DNA of 64,000 nt from Trypanosoma brucei (Eukaryota): positions 864,001 through 928,000 of the forward strand of contig CH464491.1 of the NCBI GenBank assembly GCA_000002445.1, read 5' to 3'. Shown here in pieces: positions 1-12,476 of the stretch. Under the pieces are notes generated by a model that saw nothing but the letters and a program-made list of their open reading frames with translations, was not told the origin of the DNA and ran no database searches. Position numbers and translations under genes: made by a program. Numbering within the stretch: position 1 is the stretch's first letter; every line of letters starts with the position of its first letter.

Positions 1-599
1 AGTTCCCCGCCCGAATTCGTGCGAAAATAAATTGTGTCTTCCCACGCAAGGACCAAGCAGGTGAATACTCCGGAGAGAAAAAGTGAAACCTTACTTTTAA
101 CCATTCCTTAACGGATGACAGGCAATTGGGGTTCGTTACCTCTCAATATCTCCTTTTCAAACTGCGCACCCCTCTTCCCATTTGCACCTACTCCACGCTT
201 GTGAACTCGAAGTCAGGTGAGAGCGGATTAAATACACGAAGAATGATAAAGGGGGGAGGGGGACTAGATACTCGCCTTAACACTTGTCAGCTCTCTCTTT
301 CAAAAGCACACCCATACAAATCATGCCCCACTCCCGCGCGGCGCCCCAAAAGGGGGTTCGAAACAAAAAGAAAACTGAAAGAGGGGAAAAGCAAAACGCC
401 AATGGAAAATAGTGGTGTATAACCGTACCTAACTTCCACTAACGTCACCTTGTCACCCTCGTACCATCACCAGAGACGCACGTACGCATCTACACACAAA
501 CTGCGAATGCGCGGTGCAAAAGGATAAGTAAAACGCTGAGCGGTCACGCGGGTCCTTTCCCTGCCTCACAATAGACGAAAAACAAGCACTTACACAAGT

Positions 600-1688
600 C
601 TAGCGGGAGGAAAACCGCCGAATTACCAACGCAGACAAAACCACGACCACACCCGTAGCCACCAAAACGGAACTGACACGGTACGAACCGGGCCACTTTA
701 CTTTACCCGGACCGCGATCCGCCCCCGTGCGCCTCGTTTTTTCTGCGGAAGGCAGCTTCTTTTGCACGGAGCGGGCCTCCGTACCCGGTGAAAGTTCCTT
801 TGTTCCACCGAAGGAAAGCACAAGAGTACAGTGCCGCCCCTCCTTTGTATCGAGGACCAGGCAGCGACGCCCATCAAGAGAGATGCCCATCAGAGCAAAA
901 GGTGTCGGAAGATCCTCCTGCAAGCTGTCTACCAGAACTTTATCGTTCTTGTACTCCAATTTGTGCACGCGACCGCCTCCTCTCAACCCCACAAGCACTT
1001 TGCGGGATGACAAAGCACACAACAACAACTGCGCCGACGTCCCTCCCACCGCCCCATTTGTTGATAACATAGGAAAGAGTTTCTTAAACACTTCTAATTT
1101 CTTTACGGTGCTTCGAGTAACGTAAAACGCTTGAACCGTCCCGTCCTCATACAGCGCAAAACAGAAGTACCCTGCGCTCGCAACAGTAAGCACACGATGA
1201 TCCCTTTGAGGGAGCTTAACCGCTGCAAGCATCTTCTTAGTGTCGAAACTCCAGTATTTGATCGTCTGAAACTCGGAATACAACAAGGCCACTCGCCCAA
1301 TTTGCATAAAGCATCCCACTGCACTGTCCTTGAAGGACACTGAGAGATTTTTTTTCCACACGAACAAGCTGCACCCCGCGGGTCCACAAGCCATCAGCTG
1401 CCGGCTCTCGATCCACATGAGTTGTGTCACCTTCAAGCACGATGCCTCTGCTAACATATCCCCTACCTCGCTCCCATTAAACTGGTATATCCGAATAACA
1501 CATTGATCCGGACCCGACTGCGACCTGAGGCCGATCGCTATGGCATGATCTTCTTCACAACAAGCGAAGGCAAGCACCTCACCACCGTACACAATGTATG
1601 ACTTTTGATCTGAGCCCTTCTCGAGTAAATGTAGTTCTCTCCCCCTGCCTGCTGTGAATATAAAGGACCCATTTGACAGTGCGGTCAT
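600..1688 (-). CDS. Hypothetical protein, 362 aa. Predicted beta-propeller/WD-like body with a single C-terminal hydrophobic anchor (tail-anchored), possibly a Sec12/PREB-like ER GEF
   Basis: ATG-initiated ORF (cat at 1686-1688 on the + strand). Repeated hydrophobic beta-strand-like blocks (e.g. GEVLAFACCEEDHAIAIG, ALYEDGTVQAFYV). C-terminal 25 aa VSSVLVATGVVVVLSALVIRRFSSR is a TM helix followed by only basic residues. A cytosolic beta-propeller plus C-terminal TM is the architecture of Sec12, but no Sec12-specific K-loop was recognised. Confidence 0.5.
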   Translation of the reverse strand: MTALSNGSFIFTAGRGRELHLLEKGSDQKSYIVYGGEVLAFACCEEDHAIAIGLRSQSGPDQCVIRIYQFNGSEVGDMLAEASCLKVTQLMWIESRQLMACGPAGCSLFVWKKNLSVSFKDSAVGCFMQIGRVALLYSEFQTIKYWSFDTKKMLAAVKLPQRDHRVLTVASAGYFCFALYEDGTVQAFYVTRSTVKKLEVFKKLFPMLSTNGAVGGTSAQLLLCALSSRKVLVGLRGGGRVHKLEYKNDKVLVDSLQEDLPTPFALMGISLDGRRCLVLDTKEGRHCTLVLSFGGTKELSPGTEARSVQKKLPSAEKTRRTGADRGPGKVKWPGSYRVSSVLVATGVVVVLSALVIRRFSSR

Positions 1689-2104
1689 CCTACGTGAGGA
1701 ATAAGGAAAGAGAGAAGGGTCAAATGAGGAAGGGCGTTAATAAAAGATGTCCAACGAATAGGACGCTAAGGTAAAGCCGGTATCACGTTTTGCTAAAACA
1801 CTATCAACAACTAAAAATGATGTAAGACCAAAATAAAGTAAGAAAAAGACAAAACCAAGAAACAACTCCCTTAACCCTAAAGGACTCTATGAATACCTGA
1901 TGCAGAAGGAAGAAAAAGAGAGCAATAGGGTAATAAGGCATGGGAAACAACATCAAAGTTCGACAAAGCACCGCATATTTCGTAGGTGTGCTGTGAAGAA
2001 AACACGCAGAGGAATAGGGAAGAGGGAAATCCTGCCCGGGGGCGGCGCGCCTTACGAGCACACATATGGTTCTAACACAACTTTACATGTTACATTACCC
2101 ATCT

Positions 2105-2938
2105 TCACTGAATGCAACGAAGTTTTCGCAAACGGAAGCCGCGGTATGCTGCCTGAATTATAGTGGCGCTCCTATCGAACGCTGTCGCTATGGTTTCCTC
2201 AAAGTGGAGTTTGTGCCCTTCAAACGTAAGCCGTTTTTCCACGGAAGCAAAGACATCAGCCGATAGTAAGATTCTGGAGAAAAAACTATCTTCTATGTGC
2301 TTCCTCGCCATCGTCTCCTCTTCCTCAAGACTAACCAACCACGATGGCAAAACCACCGCCGGTTTTGAGTCACCATCTTCGAAAACGTCAGGCACGCGCC
2401 GCCACATCCAACCAGGTTTCCACTGACAAAGTTTCAAAAAGAAACTTTCCAAAAATTGAAGGGCCACGTACTGACGGTGCACTGACTCCAGGCGGCCGAC
2501 GTACGCCAACGATGAAACGAGAAAAGCGCTAACGATAACACGTCGCCCCTCCTCCTCCCTCCGTACAAAACGCTCAATTGCAGCCAGTCGTGTGTGCTCT
2601 GCGAAGTGCTTCCATGCAAAGCGGTCCGCATCCTCCTCAATGAATTCGCGCTCTATAGTTTCGTCTTTTATTGCGTACATGATGGCCCTGTCGAATACCT
2701 TGTTAAGAGAGGCGTTGAACTCCCGTATCCATAATGCGCAGCCCATAAGATACTCCCGGACAATCGCCGTCCGCCCCGATCCCTCTTCCGGGAACTCACT
2801 CTCGAAAGGGATACCCCACAGTGTCAGCAGCGCAGGAGCCAACGTGGGTGGGGGCCGCGTAAGTTTCTTCATTTTCGCCTTGTTAGCGGCCTCGAAAAAG
2901 TCATCGTCCGGGTCCTTCATAGCCGGTAGTACAAACAT
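2105..2938 (-). CDS. Hypothetical protein, 277 aa, with C-terminal IQ calmodulin-binding motif
   Basis: ATG at 2936-2938 (cat on +). C-terminus ...IIQAAYRGFRLRKLRCIQ matches the IQxxxRGxxxR consensus. Acidic/helical body. No other recognised domain. Confidence 0.5.
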   Translation of the reverse strand: MFVLPAMKDPDDDFFEAANKAKMKKLTRPPPTLAPALLTLWGIPFESEFPEEGSGRTAIVREYLMGCALWIREFNASLNKVFDRAIMYAIKDETIEREFIEEDADRFAWKHFAEHTRLAAIERFVRREEEGRRVIVSAFLVSSLAYVGRLESVHRQYVALQFLESFFLKLCQWKPGWMWRRVPDVFEDGDSKPAVVLPSWLVSLEEEETMARKHIEDSFFSRILLSADVFASVEKRLTFEGHKLHFEETIATAFDRSATIIQAAYRGFRLRKLRCIQ

Positions 2939-3744
2939 CGCTTCCGAGACACTAGTCCTTCACGTAAGTGCAAATATGACGCTCTAAGTCTCGAGCTAAA
3001 ACTTGAAGCAATACGGAAGAAGGTATTCTACGGCAACAGAGCAAGGCAAAGTTTCAAAGTGCAGTACAGCCCTTAGGGAATGAATAAAAAACTGAATTAC
3101 CCGCTCTTCCGCAACAGATGTCCCCGACTCCTGCCTCATTTCTCTTCTGACTGCATCCGAACAAGAATATTGTAGAAGTATCTAAAAGTAGCTTACACCA
3201 TCAGATGATAACCCGGGGGGCAGATGCTTCTGAAATCGGTCACTTCTTCTTAGCGCATGGTTAATGCCGCGTCGGTCCTACGCACCACATATAGCGTCCA
3301 CGAGGTTGGATTCCCAGCCCCCTACCTTTCATACTTATATTCTTCTCCGGCTTCCCTGCTTTCCGTCTTCCATTTCTCACCACTTCTGTTGGCAGCCTCA
3401 CCTGCAAAAGCGCCACTCCTCCTCATCCACAGCAGGTACTTATAATGAGAGGGCTCCACGTAGGTAGAAAAATAAACAATGGAAACGAAAAGAAAGCACG
3501 ACACAAGAAAAAAACCAAAAGCAAGGGAGATACAGTTCCTGGTGTCGCACGCTTTCCCACAGACCAGAAACAAGAACTGACCGGGCGGATGGACAGAACG
3601 GAGTATTTGTATATACTAATACTATTGTTATTAATCATTAAGCGATGAAACCTTTCTTTTCCTCTTTTCCTCTGACTCGCTATCACATCAGCCAGCACCC
3701 AACAGCGCAAATGTGGTGCCGGTCCCTACTTAATAAGCAGTACA

Positions 3745-5712
3745 TCAGCGTCTGTCGCGTCTGCCGTTAGATTTCACCTTACCCGTGAAGAGATGCTTCG
3801 GCCGAAGGTTCGGTATGGCACGATCACCCTCTCCCTTCTTAGCTTGAAGGTTGCGCGGGCGAGCGACCACCTTACTCAGCTTCACAGCACGCAGCTTCTC
3901 ATTGACGTCTCTGTACCCCTCGCCGCGGTTTACGCTAAGTGAGCGATCGCGAGTCGCAGAGTGAGAACTAATGCCACGCGTTGTTTTGGTAGACATGTGC
4001 GAAGATGAACGGTCCCGCATAACTGCCTCCTGTGCAGCGGACAAGGACCGACCTCTCTTCGCGGACGAATTCGTGGTTTCAGATGAACAACCAGGGGTTG
4101 CTGAGCGATCGACCTGGCTTCCCGTTCGCTTGTTAAACTTCTCAATTGCAACTGATTGCCGCCTAGTGCGACGTAGTGAAGGGTTCTTCATAGCCCTCTC
4201 CATCTTAATCACCTTGATTTTGTCCCTGATAAAACGAACAGCCTCGACAGTAGACTCGTGTAACTCATATTGTGGACGTTTCTTAGATGCCTCCAACTCC
4301 AATTCCTGCAGACGTGCGTCCTCCTCTGCTTCCAATTCCATCAACCGCTCATGGATGTCAGGGTCTACGTTATCGTAGATGTTGTGCCCGTCCATGATAT
4401 CAGGGATGATATCATCCACCCATTCGGGGTTCTCTAGATCCCATGTCTTCCGCTCATTTGGTTGGTACTGTCCAGGTCCCCCATTTTCCCACTCATAATC
4501 CCGTTCCGTTTTGCGGCGCTCGCGCACTGGCTCACCGGATGCAAGTCGCTGGCGAATCTCTTCCACTGAAGGGGGAACATACGCAGGTCTTTCCACGTTA
4601 TCGCGTTTCTGCGGCACCGCACAGTAGAGACGATTTTGTATAGCCTGAAACCGACCGCTCCCTTCCTTTTGTTCCGAACGATGTGCAAGCAGCGTTTCAC
4701 ACGCCAAAGTCTTGAGGCCGCCTACGCCGGCGTCAGTGAGCGTGCTGGTCGTAATCCATTTGGCGCCACACTCTTCAATGGCTGTCATAACGAGAGATTG
4801 CTCTTCTGCCGTAATGTCGTCGAAAGTACACAGATCACTCTTGTTGAATACGACAATCACCGGTTTGCCAGTGAAGAGGGGGCCAATAGACTTGAAAAGG
4901 GAAACCTGCTGGGCTATTGAATGCCCGCATTGAGTGCTAAGGTCCATGAAGAAGAGAATGCACGCACGAAGATGGGCAAGTGCGGTGATCGCTTGCATCT
5001 CAATAACGTTGCGCTCCTCAAGGGAATGGTCCAGAATACCCGGAGTGTCAATTACCTGCCAACTGGCATACTTGAAGTCCGTGTGCCCGACGAAGAGAGA
5101 CTTTGTTGTGAAGGCATAGGGTTGTACTTCTACATCCGCGCGGGTGACCTTGTTCATGAAACTTGACTTACCGACGTTGGGGAACCCCGTGATAAGCAGT
5201 GTTCGGGCGTTGGGGTCAATAGAGGGCAGTCGAGACATGTGTTGCCTCACTTTCTCCAGGTATACCAGAGCGCTCGTGAGCTTTTTGCAAGCGGTTGCCA
5301 TGCGGCCAAGGGCTGCGCGCTTCAACTGCTTACAGCGGTAGAGAGAGTCACCGTATTTCAAAAGCCGCACGTAATCACGGCCCACATTATCCACCATGTG
5401 TCGCACCGCGCCGACCTGACCCAGCGCCACCTTATAGTGGTCGCGGTCGTACAATACATGCATCAAATCGCCGTAGAACGGGTGGATGTCATCCATTCGC
5501 GGAAACTCGGTTAGGATGTGGGTGAGCTTTTCGTTGATGGTTTTCTGCGTGAACTTCACCTTCCGCATGTAGAACTGACGAATGCGGGAAATATGATACC
5601 CCTTGTGGACCACGGTTGGTGTCTTTCTCTGCGTTTTGGAAAGAACAATGTCGATGAAGTCCTTGTATGAGGGGACAACAGTCACCGTTTTGAAATTGTA
5701 GATTGTCGACAT
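3745..5712 (-). CDS. NOG1: Nucleolar GTP-binding protein 1 (NOG1), 60S ribosome biogenesis GTPase, 655 aa
   Basis: ATG at 5710-5712. N-terminal NOG1 domain; G1 [10 protein letters not shown]3 DTPG, G4 NKSD; NOGCT-like acidic/basic C-terminal tail. Collinear with eukaryotic Nog1. Confidence 0.93.
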   Translation of the reverse strand: MSTIYNFKTVTVVPSYKDFIDIVLSKTQRKTPTVVHKGYHISRIRQFYMRKVKFTQKTINEKLTHILTEFPRMDDIHPFYGDLMHVLYDRDHYKVALGQVGAVRHMVDNVGRDYVRLLKYGDSLYRCKQLKRAALGRMATACKKLTSALVYLEKVRQHMSRLPSIDPNARTLLITGFPNVGKSSFMNKVTRADVEVQPYAFTTKSLFVGHTDFKYASWQVIDTPGILDHSLEERNVIEMQAITALAHLRACILFFMDLSTQCGHSIAQQVSLFKSIGPLFTGKPVIVVFNKSDLCTFDDITAEEQSLVMTAIEECGAKWITTSTLTDAGVGGLKTLACETLLAHRSEQKEGSGRFQAIQNRLYCAVPQKRDNVERPAYVPPSVEEIRQRLASGEPVRERRKTERDYEWENGGPGQYQPNERKTWDLENPEWVDDIIPDIMDGHNIYDNVDPDIHERLMELEAEEDARLQELELEASKKRPQYELHESTVEAVRFIRDKIKVIKMERAMKNPSLRRTRRQSVAIEKFNKRTGSQVDRSATPGCSSETTNSSAKRGRSLSAAQEAVMRDRSSSHMSTKTTRGISSHSATRDRSLSVNRGEGYRDVNEKLRAVKLSKVVARPRNLQAKKGEGDRAIPNLRPKHLFTGKVKSNGRRDRR

Positions 5713-7180
5713 CTTTCCAGAAACGGATATGAACGAGATGTTAAACTTCTTTGCTTACTTCCTCGCCAGAATGCCTCTGCAGTGAACGGCTGGGTTACAG
5801 TTTGCTTGGTTCACCTGCTGAATACCTCTTCCACTCCACTACTTCACAGCTTCACCTTTTCGCGCGCACCTTTCCTTACCTCTTTTTCCTTCGCGTTTAC
5901 TCTCCTCACGCACCCAACTGCTTCTGATGTACCGCCTGTTGCGTTCCTCTAAGACGTAAAAAAACAAAGTTAGGGTTGAAATAAAAAGCACTTGCCGTAA
6001 CATGTATGTCTGTACCAGGAGAGCAAAAGAGTTTCGTCAGCTCCGCTCGCACATTTCCTTCCCCCCCCCCTTGCTGCGCATGGAAAGAACAATCGCGGAC
6101 AGGGGGAAAAGAGAGGGGAGGGATTGGGGCAAAACGGATACAACGTGTGCGCTGGGGCAAACCATCTGATTTCCATCAACAAAGAGGGCAAATGTGAGTA
6201 ACGAAAAAAAAACAGAAAAGGGTTCATTAAGGTCAACTTTCATGCAACCTCAACGAAAATAATGAGGGGAAACCATATCCTGACCACGCTCCACCCCAGG
6301 ATGCTACACTAACCCTCACCCGACTCACAAATTCCTCCTCATTCCAGGCGCATACAAAGACCCGGTAGCGGTCCCTGTACATATCGGAAAGACACACGAC
6401 CACAGACGGAAGCCATCAGCAGACCATTACTTCGTCTCTAACGGCAGCCGTCGATTCAGCTTTATTATGGTAATTATTATCGCTAGATCTTGCATTTTGT
6501 TCATTATTTATGTTGTTGCCGAGGGCATCAATCGCCGCGTTTGCCGGAGATGTCGGTTCCTACCGGCCCCTGCCGCATCAACGTCGTTACGACAGTGCAC
6601 TTATTCAGCCACAACAACGATAACAATACCCCGACTCAAGGATCGAACATGGCATTGCAACCGCTGTTGCAGCTTCAACGTGTATAACCACCCAAAACCA
6701 ATTTTCGTGGACTTGCGCCGCGGGAAACTGAACGGCACAAATGAAATGAAACAAACACCAACACAAAACTTAAATGTGCTCATTTATAAAAATGCAAAAA
6801 AAAAAAAACAACCGCCCGGTAACCCGGCACCCGGTGCAATTCAATTTTTCTATGCGCACAAGACAGACTGCAGTGGCAAAGTACGAGCGAAAACAGAAGC
6901 AAAGGAAATGAGTTCTGCCAGCTTCCCGGTAAGGCCCAGCAAGGGGACTTTCAACTGCACGTACCGCAATTCGTTTACCTCATGAACTGCTGCATAAGGT
7001 GGATGAGAGCCGAGCACGTACGCAGCTGATACCTAAACACATGCTCTGAAAGGACAATCCGCTTCTTACCAGCTTCAATGTCTCCTTATTCTTCCTCGAT
7101 TCCATCGCAACCACTCACAAACCGACGACGTAACCCTCTTCTGCCGCCCACAGTGCGAAAAAGGATCGCCTAAAGTAGAA

Positions 7181-9106
7181 TCAAATGGTTACCCTGGGCT
7201 GCCCCACCTCCGTTTCTGTGTATCCGCCCACACCATCCAACATCATAATATCATGATGAAACTTCTTTAACGATTCACGGTGAGATGTCGTTATTAACGT
7301 CATACCCTCATCCAAAAGTAATTTGTACAACGTTGGCTCAATGTTTTGGGACACCGCGCTCGTGCACTCGTCTAAAAACACAAAGGTTGGCCGATGGTAA
7401 AGTGCGCGAACAAACGCCACGCGCTGCCGCTCACCTCCAGACAGCACCTCTGACCATTCTTTCCATGCATCCAACCCTCCCACGCGCGTCAGCAGTCCTC
7501 TCAACCCAACGCGGGTGGCAAACTCTACAAGTTTGGCGTCTTCGATATCACCTGCCCGCTTGTCTGCCTCGGAGGTTGGGTAAGTGAATTGAGTCCGTAG
7601 GGTCCCCGGGGGGAGGTAAACCCGCTGCGTCAGTACAACCATCTGGGATGGGGGAGGACGTTTCAGGGAGCCCTCACGCAGGGACCACACGCCAGTGATA
7701 ACGCGGATGAGGGCCGTCTTTCCAGCTCCGTTACAACCCATTATGAGGACGTGCCGGTCCGCCTTGAATGTTGCGTTGTAATTGGCAAGAATCATCTTGT
7801 CAGATGGGGAGAGAATGTACGCGTTCTTAAACACAATCTTATCGTCACTGGACTCTTCCACCAAACTTAGCGTCGTCTCCCGTTCGTTTCGCTCGAGGGA
7901 ACGAAGAGAATCCTGTAGCTCCCCAACACGATGGGCGCCGCCACACACAGCGCTTACCTTTAGGTGGATTGAAAAAAGCCTTGCGATGGATTTGGCCAAC
8001 GAAGTACACAGCTTCGCGTTCCGTGCATACAGTTGCGCCATACCAGCGGCATCCATGCTATCTGCACGACGGGCAACAGCGAATCCACAAACTGCTAAAC
8101 CGACGCACGTCGATCCATACTCAACAAACATCGAGCTGACTAAGGTGCTCCACCACTTAAGGCGCTTAATGTTACTTTCCAATCGCAGGTACGATCGAAG
8201 GAGACGATCAGCAGTCGCACGCTCAACATCTGCACCGCGGTAAAACGCCACCTCTTCCGCGTGGTGAAGGAGCTGGGTGTGCATCGTGCGAAGGTTGCCC
8301 TCCTTTGCGTGACTGGCTGCCATCATAGTTGCAAAGTTTGGAAGAATTAGTCGAAATAGCACGGCAACGAATGCGTAGTATGAAAATATGAGCAGGGATT
8401 CGTTGTGACCACCGTGCTCGGCCAGCGCAGAAGAAAATGTAACGATATCCATCGACGGTTTTAGTATAGAAGGTATCAAAACCGCAAGTTCTCTGCTGAA
8501 GCACTGGACATCATTCGTCACACGATGGCCCGGGTTGTCCACGGTGCCTGTAGTTGCAAGGTCGTAAACCCGGCGCCCCTGGAAGTACTCTTTATGAAGA
8601 GCATGCTGAAGCCGCTCCCGAAACCGCCACTCTATTGAGGAAATTGTGTAGCCGATGCCCACATTCACTACGGTTGCGGGTAAGGCATATAAAGCGATAT
8701 CACCGATGCCAAGTAACAATTCCCTAAAGTTCTTCTGAACGAGTGCCTTAACGTTATTCCCGGCTACCCGGGACAACATCAGCGTCAACCTGGTGCGAAG
8801 GGCGAGCAGCAACGTCAAAGCAACCATAGTACCAGATTCAGGGGAGAGAACACTGGGAAAACAAATACGGAGAAGCCCCACAACCCGCCAGAAGAGGGTG
8901 CTGTCGAAGCGTACAGTGGGTCGTCTATGTCGACCGGACGCCTTACCTGCGTGTCGTCGCGGCGATGATGGGTTTGCTCGGCGAGCAAGCACACACTTGT
9001 GTACGCCCTGAAACAGTAGTGCTATTACCACCAAAAGAGCATACTTCGCATGTGAGAACGGGGAGGCGACTAGTAATTGCTTCAGCCCGTCAAGTACAGA
9101 ACTCAT
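7181..9106 (-). CDS. ABC half-transporter of the ABCD (peroxisomal/glycosomal, GAT-like) family. N-terminal TMD plus C-terminal NBD
   Basis: The ORF-caller start at 9109 is TTG; the first ATG is at 9104-9106 (641 aa). Walker A GCNGAGKTA; ABC signature LSGGERQRVAFVRAL; Walker B VFLDECTSAVS. The ABCD-specific EAA-like motif EEVAFYRGA is between the TM helices. Multiple predicted TM helices in the N-terminal half. Confidence 0.88.
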   Translation of the reverse strand: MSSVLDGLKQLLVASPFSHAKYALLVVIALLFQGVHKCVLARRANPSSPRRHAGKASGRHRRPTVRFDSTLFWRVVGLLRICFPSVLSPESGTMVALTLLLALRTRLTLMLSRVAGNNVKALVQKNFRELLLGIGDIALYALPATVVNVGIGYTISSIEWRFRERLQHALHKEYFQGRRVYDLATTGTVDNPGHRVTNDVQCFSRELAVLIPSILKPSMDIVTFSSALAEHGGHNESLLIFSYYAFVAVLFRLILPNFATMMAASHAKEGNLRTMHTQLLHHAEEVAFYRGADVERATADRLLRSYLRLESNIKRLKWWSTLVSSMFVEYGSTCVGLAVCGFAVARRADSMDAAGMAQLYARNAKLCTSLAKSIARLFSIHLKVSAVCGGAHRVGELQDSLRSLERNERETTLSLVEESSDDKIVFKNAYILSPSDKMILANYNATFKADRHVLIMGCNGAGKTALIRVITGVWSLREGSLKRPPPSQMVVLTQRVYLPPGTLRTQFTYPTSEADKRAGDIEDAKLVEFATRVGLRGLLTRVGGLDAWKEWSEVLSGGERQRVAFVRALYHRPTFVFLDECTSAVSQNIEPTLYKLLLDEGMTLITTSHRESLKKFHHDIMMLDGVGGYTETEVGQPRVTI

Positions 9107-10825
9107 CAAAAGGGGTTTTACCGGCTCCTTTTAATTTTCCTTCTATTTTTCTGTGTTCCCCTTACACCTACGAAATGTATAGACTTCGAGCTCAGTACCC
9201 TGGGAGACAAAAAGGTTATGGCAAGACTCTCTGCGTGCGCTCCACGCTGTAGGCACTAGAGTACGGGCTGGGTGGGCGCAGAGTGCGTACGTCCCTCTGT
9301 TTCCACGCCCTTCAGCTTATCCCGGTTTTTCTGCTGCTCAATGTCTTAAAAGAAAAAAATGCAGGGACGAAAAAGGCTTATGACAACGAAGAGCTTAAAT
9401 GCAACAATAAGAGCGGTGTAGGCAAACACCTCCTTATTCATCCACCTGCCCTCCTCAGCAGCAGTTATAGTTTCAAGGAAAGGAAGAAATAAAACTACTT
9501 GAGTAAAAACAGTAGCAAGAGTGACGTTCAAAAAACTTTAAAGGCCGTCGCTTCCATCTCTTCTCGGCTCCATTTCAGCGAAAAGATTCTGGTCTTCATC
9601 CACAAGCGGCTTCACACCCTTTCTTACATTCACCAGATACTTCTTTTTTTTTTTTGCTCTGTCACCACCCTTGTGGCTTCTGTCCCCCATACAAAAACAC
9701 AAATACAAAAAATGAAGAAGCATACTCCAACACTTCAAAATATCAAAAACTGTCGTGTTGATTAACGTTGGGGGCGGGAAAAGCAAAGATTTACCGCAGC
9801 ATACGTCACGGGAAAAAGAAGACAACTCAACCATCATCTCATCACCAAAAATGTTTCAATTCTTTGTACATTCTTAACCTCCAACAATGTACCCCTTAAG
9901 CTATACAAACAACGAAGGGTGATGGGATCAATGTATTCTTTTGTACAGTACCGCATTCCTCTTTCGTCCATTCGATTATTCATTTGTTTTTCCCACTACA
10001 CTTAAATATTTTTTTTCGATTGATTTTCTGTTTTTTTTCACTCTCTGCCTCGAAGAAGTTACAGAATACAGTACACATATGGAGGCGAACCGCGTGCCTG
10101 ATTCGACGCGGTAGCAGCAGCCATGGACCGCACGTGCGATCCTCCACAATTCAATTCCCACTGAAAGGAGGAAAGGGAGAATATTCTCGTCAGAAAGCTC
10201 GTAAATAAATTAGATGAGAGCAAACTCCCCTTCTCCCTTGCCCCCCCAACCCCCATCATTTTTCACAATAAACGAAAACAGTAAAAAAAAAAAAGAAAAA
10301 TTGCCGCACAGAAATGCACATCAAAGGCGGGGGGAAGATTGCAAGAAAGAGAGAGGTGGACGCAGGAAAGTGCAATGCTATAAGGAGGGAGAAATAGAAG
10401 AAAGAATATGAACACCGAAGCAAACGTTACGCTATATACATATTATAGATGAAGAAGACTGGCGTCTACCATTCCCCGCCCTTCCCTTTATAACAGTATG
10501 AACATTTTATTGCTCGTTCATTCACAAAAGTCATTCATAACCATTGGCTTTGTTCACAATTCCCCGTCCCAACTATCTTTGTGGTCTCTTACACTCCTGC
10601 AGAACCAAAAAAAAAAAAGCGTCTCCAACGCGATACATCCACCACATGATGTGCCTTTTCAATTTTAAAAGGGAACCGCACAGCAAGTGGGGGGAAAAGA
10701 TTAAATAAGTGCAAGCGTACACAAACCAGATACAACAACACAAAATGACGTAAACTGAACGAAAGACAAGGGAGCCAAAAACAGGTGCTAAAGACTAAAT
10801 TAAAAAAAGGAAGCGAATACATCTC

Positions 10826-12193
10826 CTAGCACCCGCATCTGTCGGTCCCACGTTTGCCTATCTTAGGCAAGCGCGGAAGGGCTTTGTGGAACTTAGACTC
10901 ACTATCATCTTCGCCAGTGGCCGCTGTGTTCCGCTTTTGCTTACTTAATAATTCATTGACCTCATCAGCGATCCACGGGTGCTTCATCGCCCGCCGAGGA
11001 GTGGCACGCGAGTCCGGAACCCACTCAAGGAACAGCTTAACGAAACTGACAAATGGATCTCCCTCCGGCAGTCCAAGGAACGCCGCAATATTCTTGGTTC
11101 CCGGAAAGCGTATCTTAAGTTTGCTGTTGGGAACTAATTTGGGTGAATAATTTGCGCTTGCTTCAAAAAACTCATGTTTGCGCGGGGAACGAAGTATAAA
11201 ATCACGCGGCGGGGTCCCTAAAAACTCCATTATGCACGCCATCTGTTCCTGCTCGCTTTCACCTGGGAAAATGGGGTAGCCGGAGGCGAGCTCGCAAAGA
11301 ACACATCCATAACTCCAAAGATCTATGCACCTGGAGTAGGGACACCCTAGAAGTACCTCGGGTGCACGGTAGAAGCGCGATTGGATGTAGGTGAACAAAC
11401 GGGCGTTTTCAAAGCAAGAGGAGCCCAAGTCAATCACTTTCACTGCCGTGTCATTGGGTGACCTGAGGAGTATGTTTTCCGGCTTCAGATCACAATGAAT
11501 AATGTTCTCTCGCCACATGTAGGAAAGAGACACGAGAACACCAGCCCCAATCTTGCGAACGACGTCTAACGGCAATGGCTTGAACCTGCGTTGCTTTAAG
11601 TAAGTGTACAAGTTACATCCTAACAGCTCGTATGTAATGCAGACATGGGAACGAAAGGTGAAATTATCAATCATTTGGACTATTCCGTAGATCCCTGAGG
11701 GGTCACCTTTCTTCAAATGACTCAAAATCTGCACCTCAATCTTTGCTTGTGCGGTGAAGCGTTTCCTGTTGCGGATAATCTTTAGCGCTACAGTACAGTT
11801 CTTGCAGTGATCAACTGCCTTAACCACCTGTCCGAAGGAACCACTCCCCAGTGTGCTTAAAACCTCGTAGCGGTATGCGATGTGGTCACGTAGTCTGATG
11901 AGGTAGTCCCCTCTTTCATCATCATACCCCTTGTTATGGCCTCCTTCCACCGGTGCCTGAACCTTGCGGTCACAATTTTGGCCAACGTAATATACTTCCG
12001 AGTAGCCCTTTATCTCGTCCATCTCGTACGGAGTAAGATGAGCGGAATGAAAGTCATTAGCGGGGACTGCACCTTCGTGCAACACATTTAGCCGCATCCC
12101 CTTGCCCCCTTGCGGTTTCGTACAGAGCGCAGGAACCTGCGTGCTCCTGCGGAAGTCATGGTTTTCACCCGCCAACCTGCGAGAGACATCCAT
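10826..12193 (-). CDS. DYRK-family dual-specificity protein kinase, 455 aa
   Basis: ATG at 12191-12193. DYRK homology (DH) box GYDDERGDY upstream of the kinase domain. GSGSFGQV glycine loop, VALK lysine, HCDLKPENILL catalytic loop, DLGSS, activation loop FTYIQSRFYRAPE (DYRK YxY-type), CMGW-like region. Confidence 0.92.
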   Translation of the reverse strand: MDVSRRLAGENHDFRRSTQVPALCTKPQGGKGMRLNVLHEGAVPANDFHSAHLTPYEMDEIKGYSEVYYVGQNCDRKVQAPVEGGHNKGYDDERGDYLIRLRDHIAYRYEVLSTLGSGSFGQVVKAVDHCKNCTVALKIIRNRKRFTAQAKIEVQILSHLKKGDPSGIYGIVQMIDNFTFRSHVCITYELLGCNLYTYLKQRRFKPLPLDVVRKIGAGVLVSLSYMWRENIIHCDLKPENILLRSPNDTAVKVIDLGSSCFENARLFTYIQSRFYRAPEVLLGCPYSRCIDLWSYGCVLCELASGYPIFPGESEQEQMACIMEFLGTPPRDFILRSPRKHEFFEASANYSPKLVPNSKLKIRFPGTKNIAAFLGLPEGDPFVSFVKLFLEWVPDSRATPRRAMKHPWIADEVNELLSKQKRNTAATGEDDSESKFHKALPRLPKIGKRGTDRCGC

Positions 12194-12476
12194 CCCTCGT
12201 CACTTACTACTAATACTACTAAAGTAAGAGAGCCTCAAGAAGAAACAAAAAAAAGTGCGCGCAACATGTGCGGAAATGATCAAATAGTAAAAAAAAACTG
12301 TAGAAAAACTAGAAAGATCCTATGTACAAAGACGCAAGGCTACACCACCCAATACACATGGTCATCCAGAGCAATACAGAGACACTTTCATACCCCGTAT
12401 GCGCACACAGCCTGCATAAATGAACCACTAAAGAAAAGGGGAAGCGGGAGCGGAGGTGTGGGTCCCCCTCCAGAAG

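Noticed and set aside
126-422. Plus-strand ORFs in the minus-strand unit (126-422, 6467-6985 at 172 aa, 23372-23845 at 157 aa)
   Set aside because: Opposite to the transcription direction of the surrounding unit. Low-complexity or AT-rich composition (K/N/Q-rich). No recognisable domain. Likely chance ORFs in intergenic DNA.
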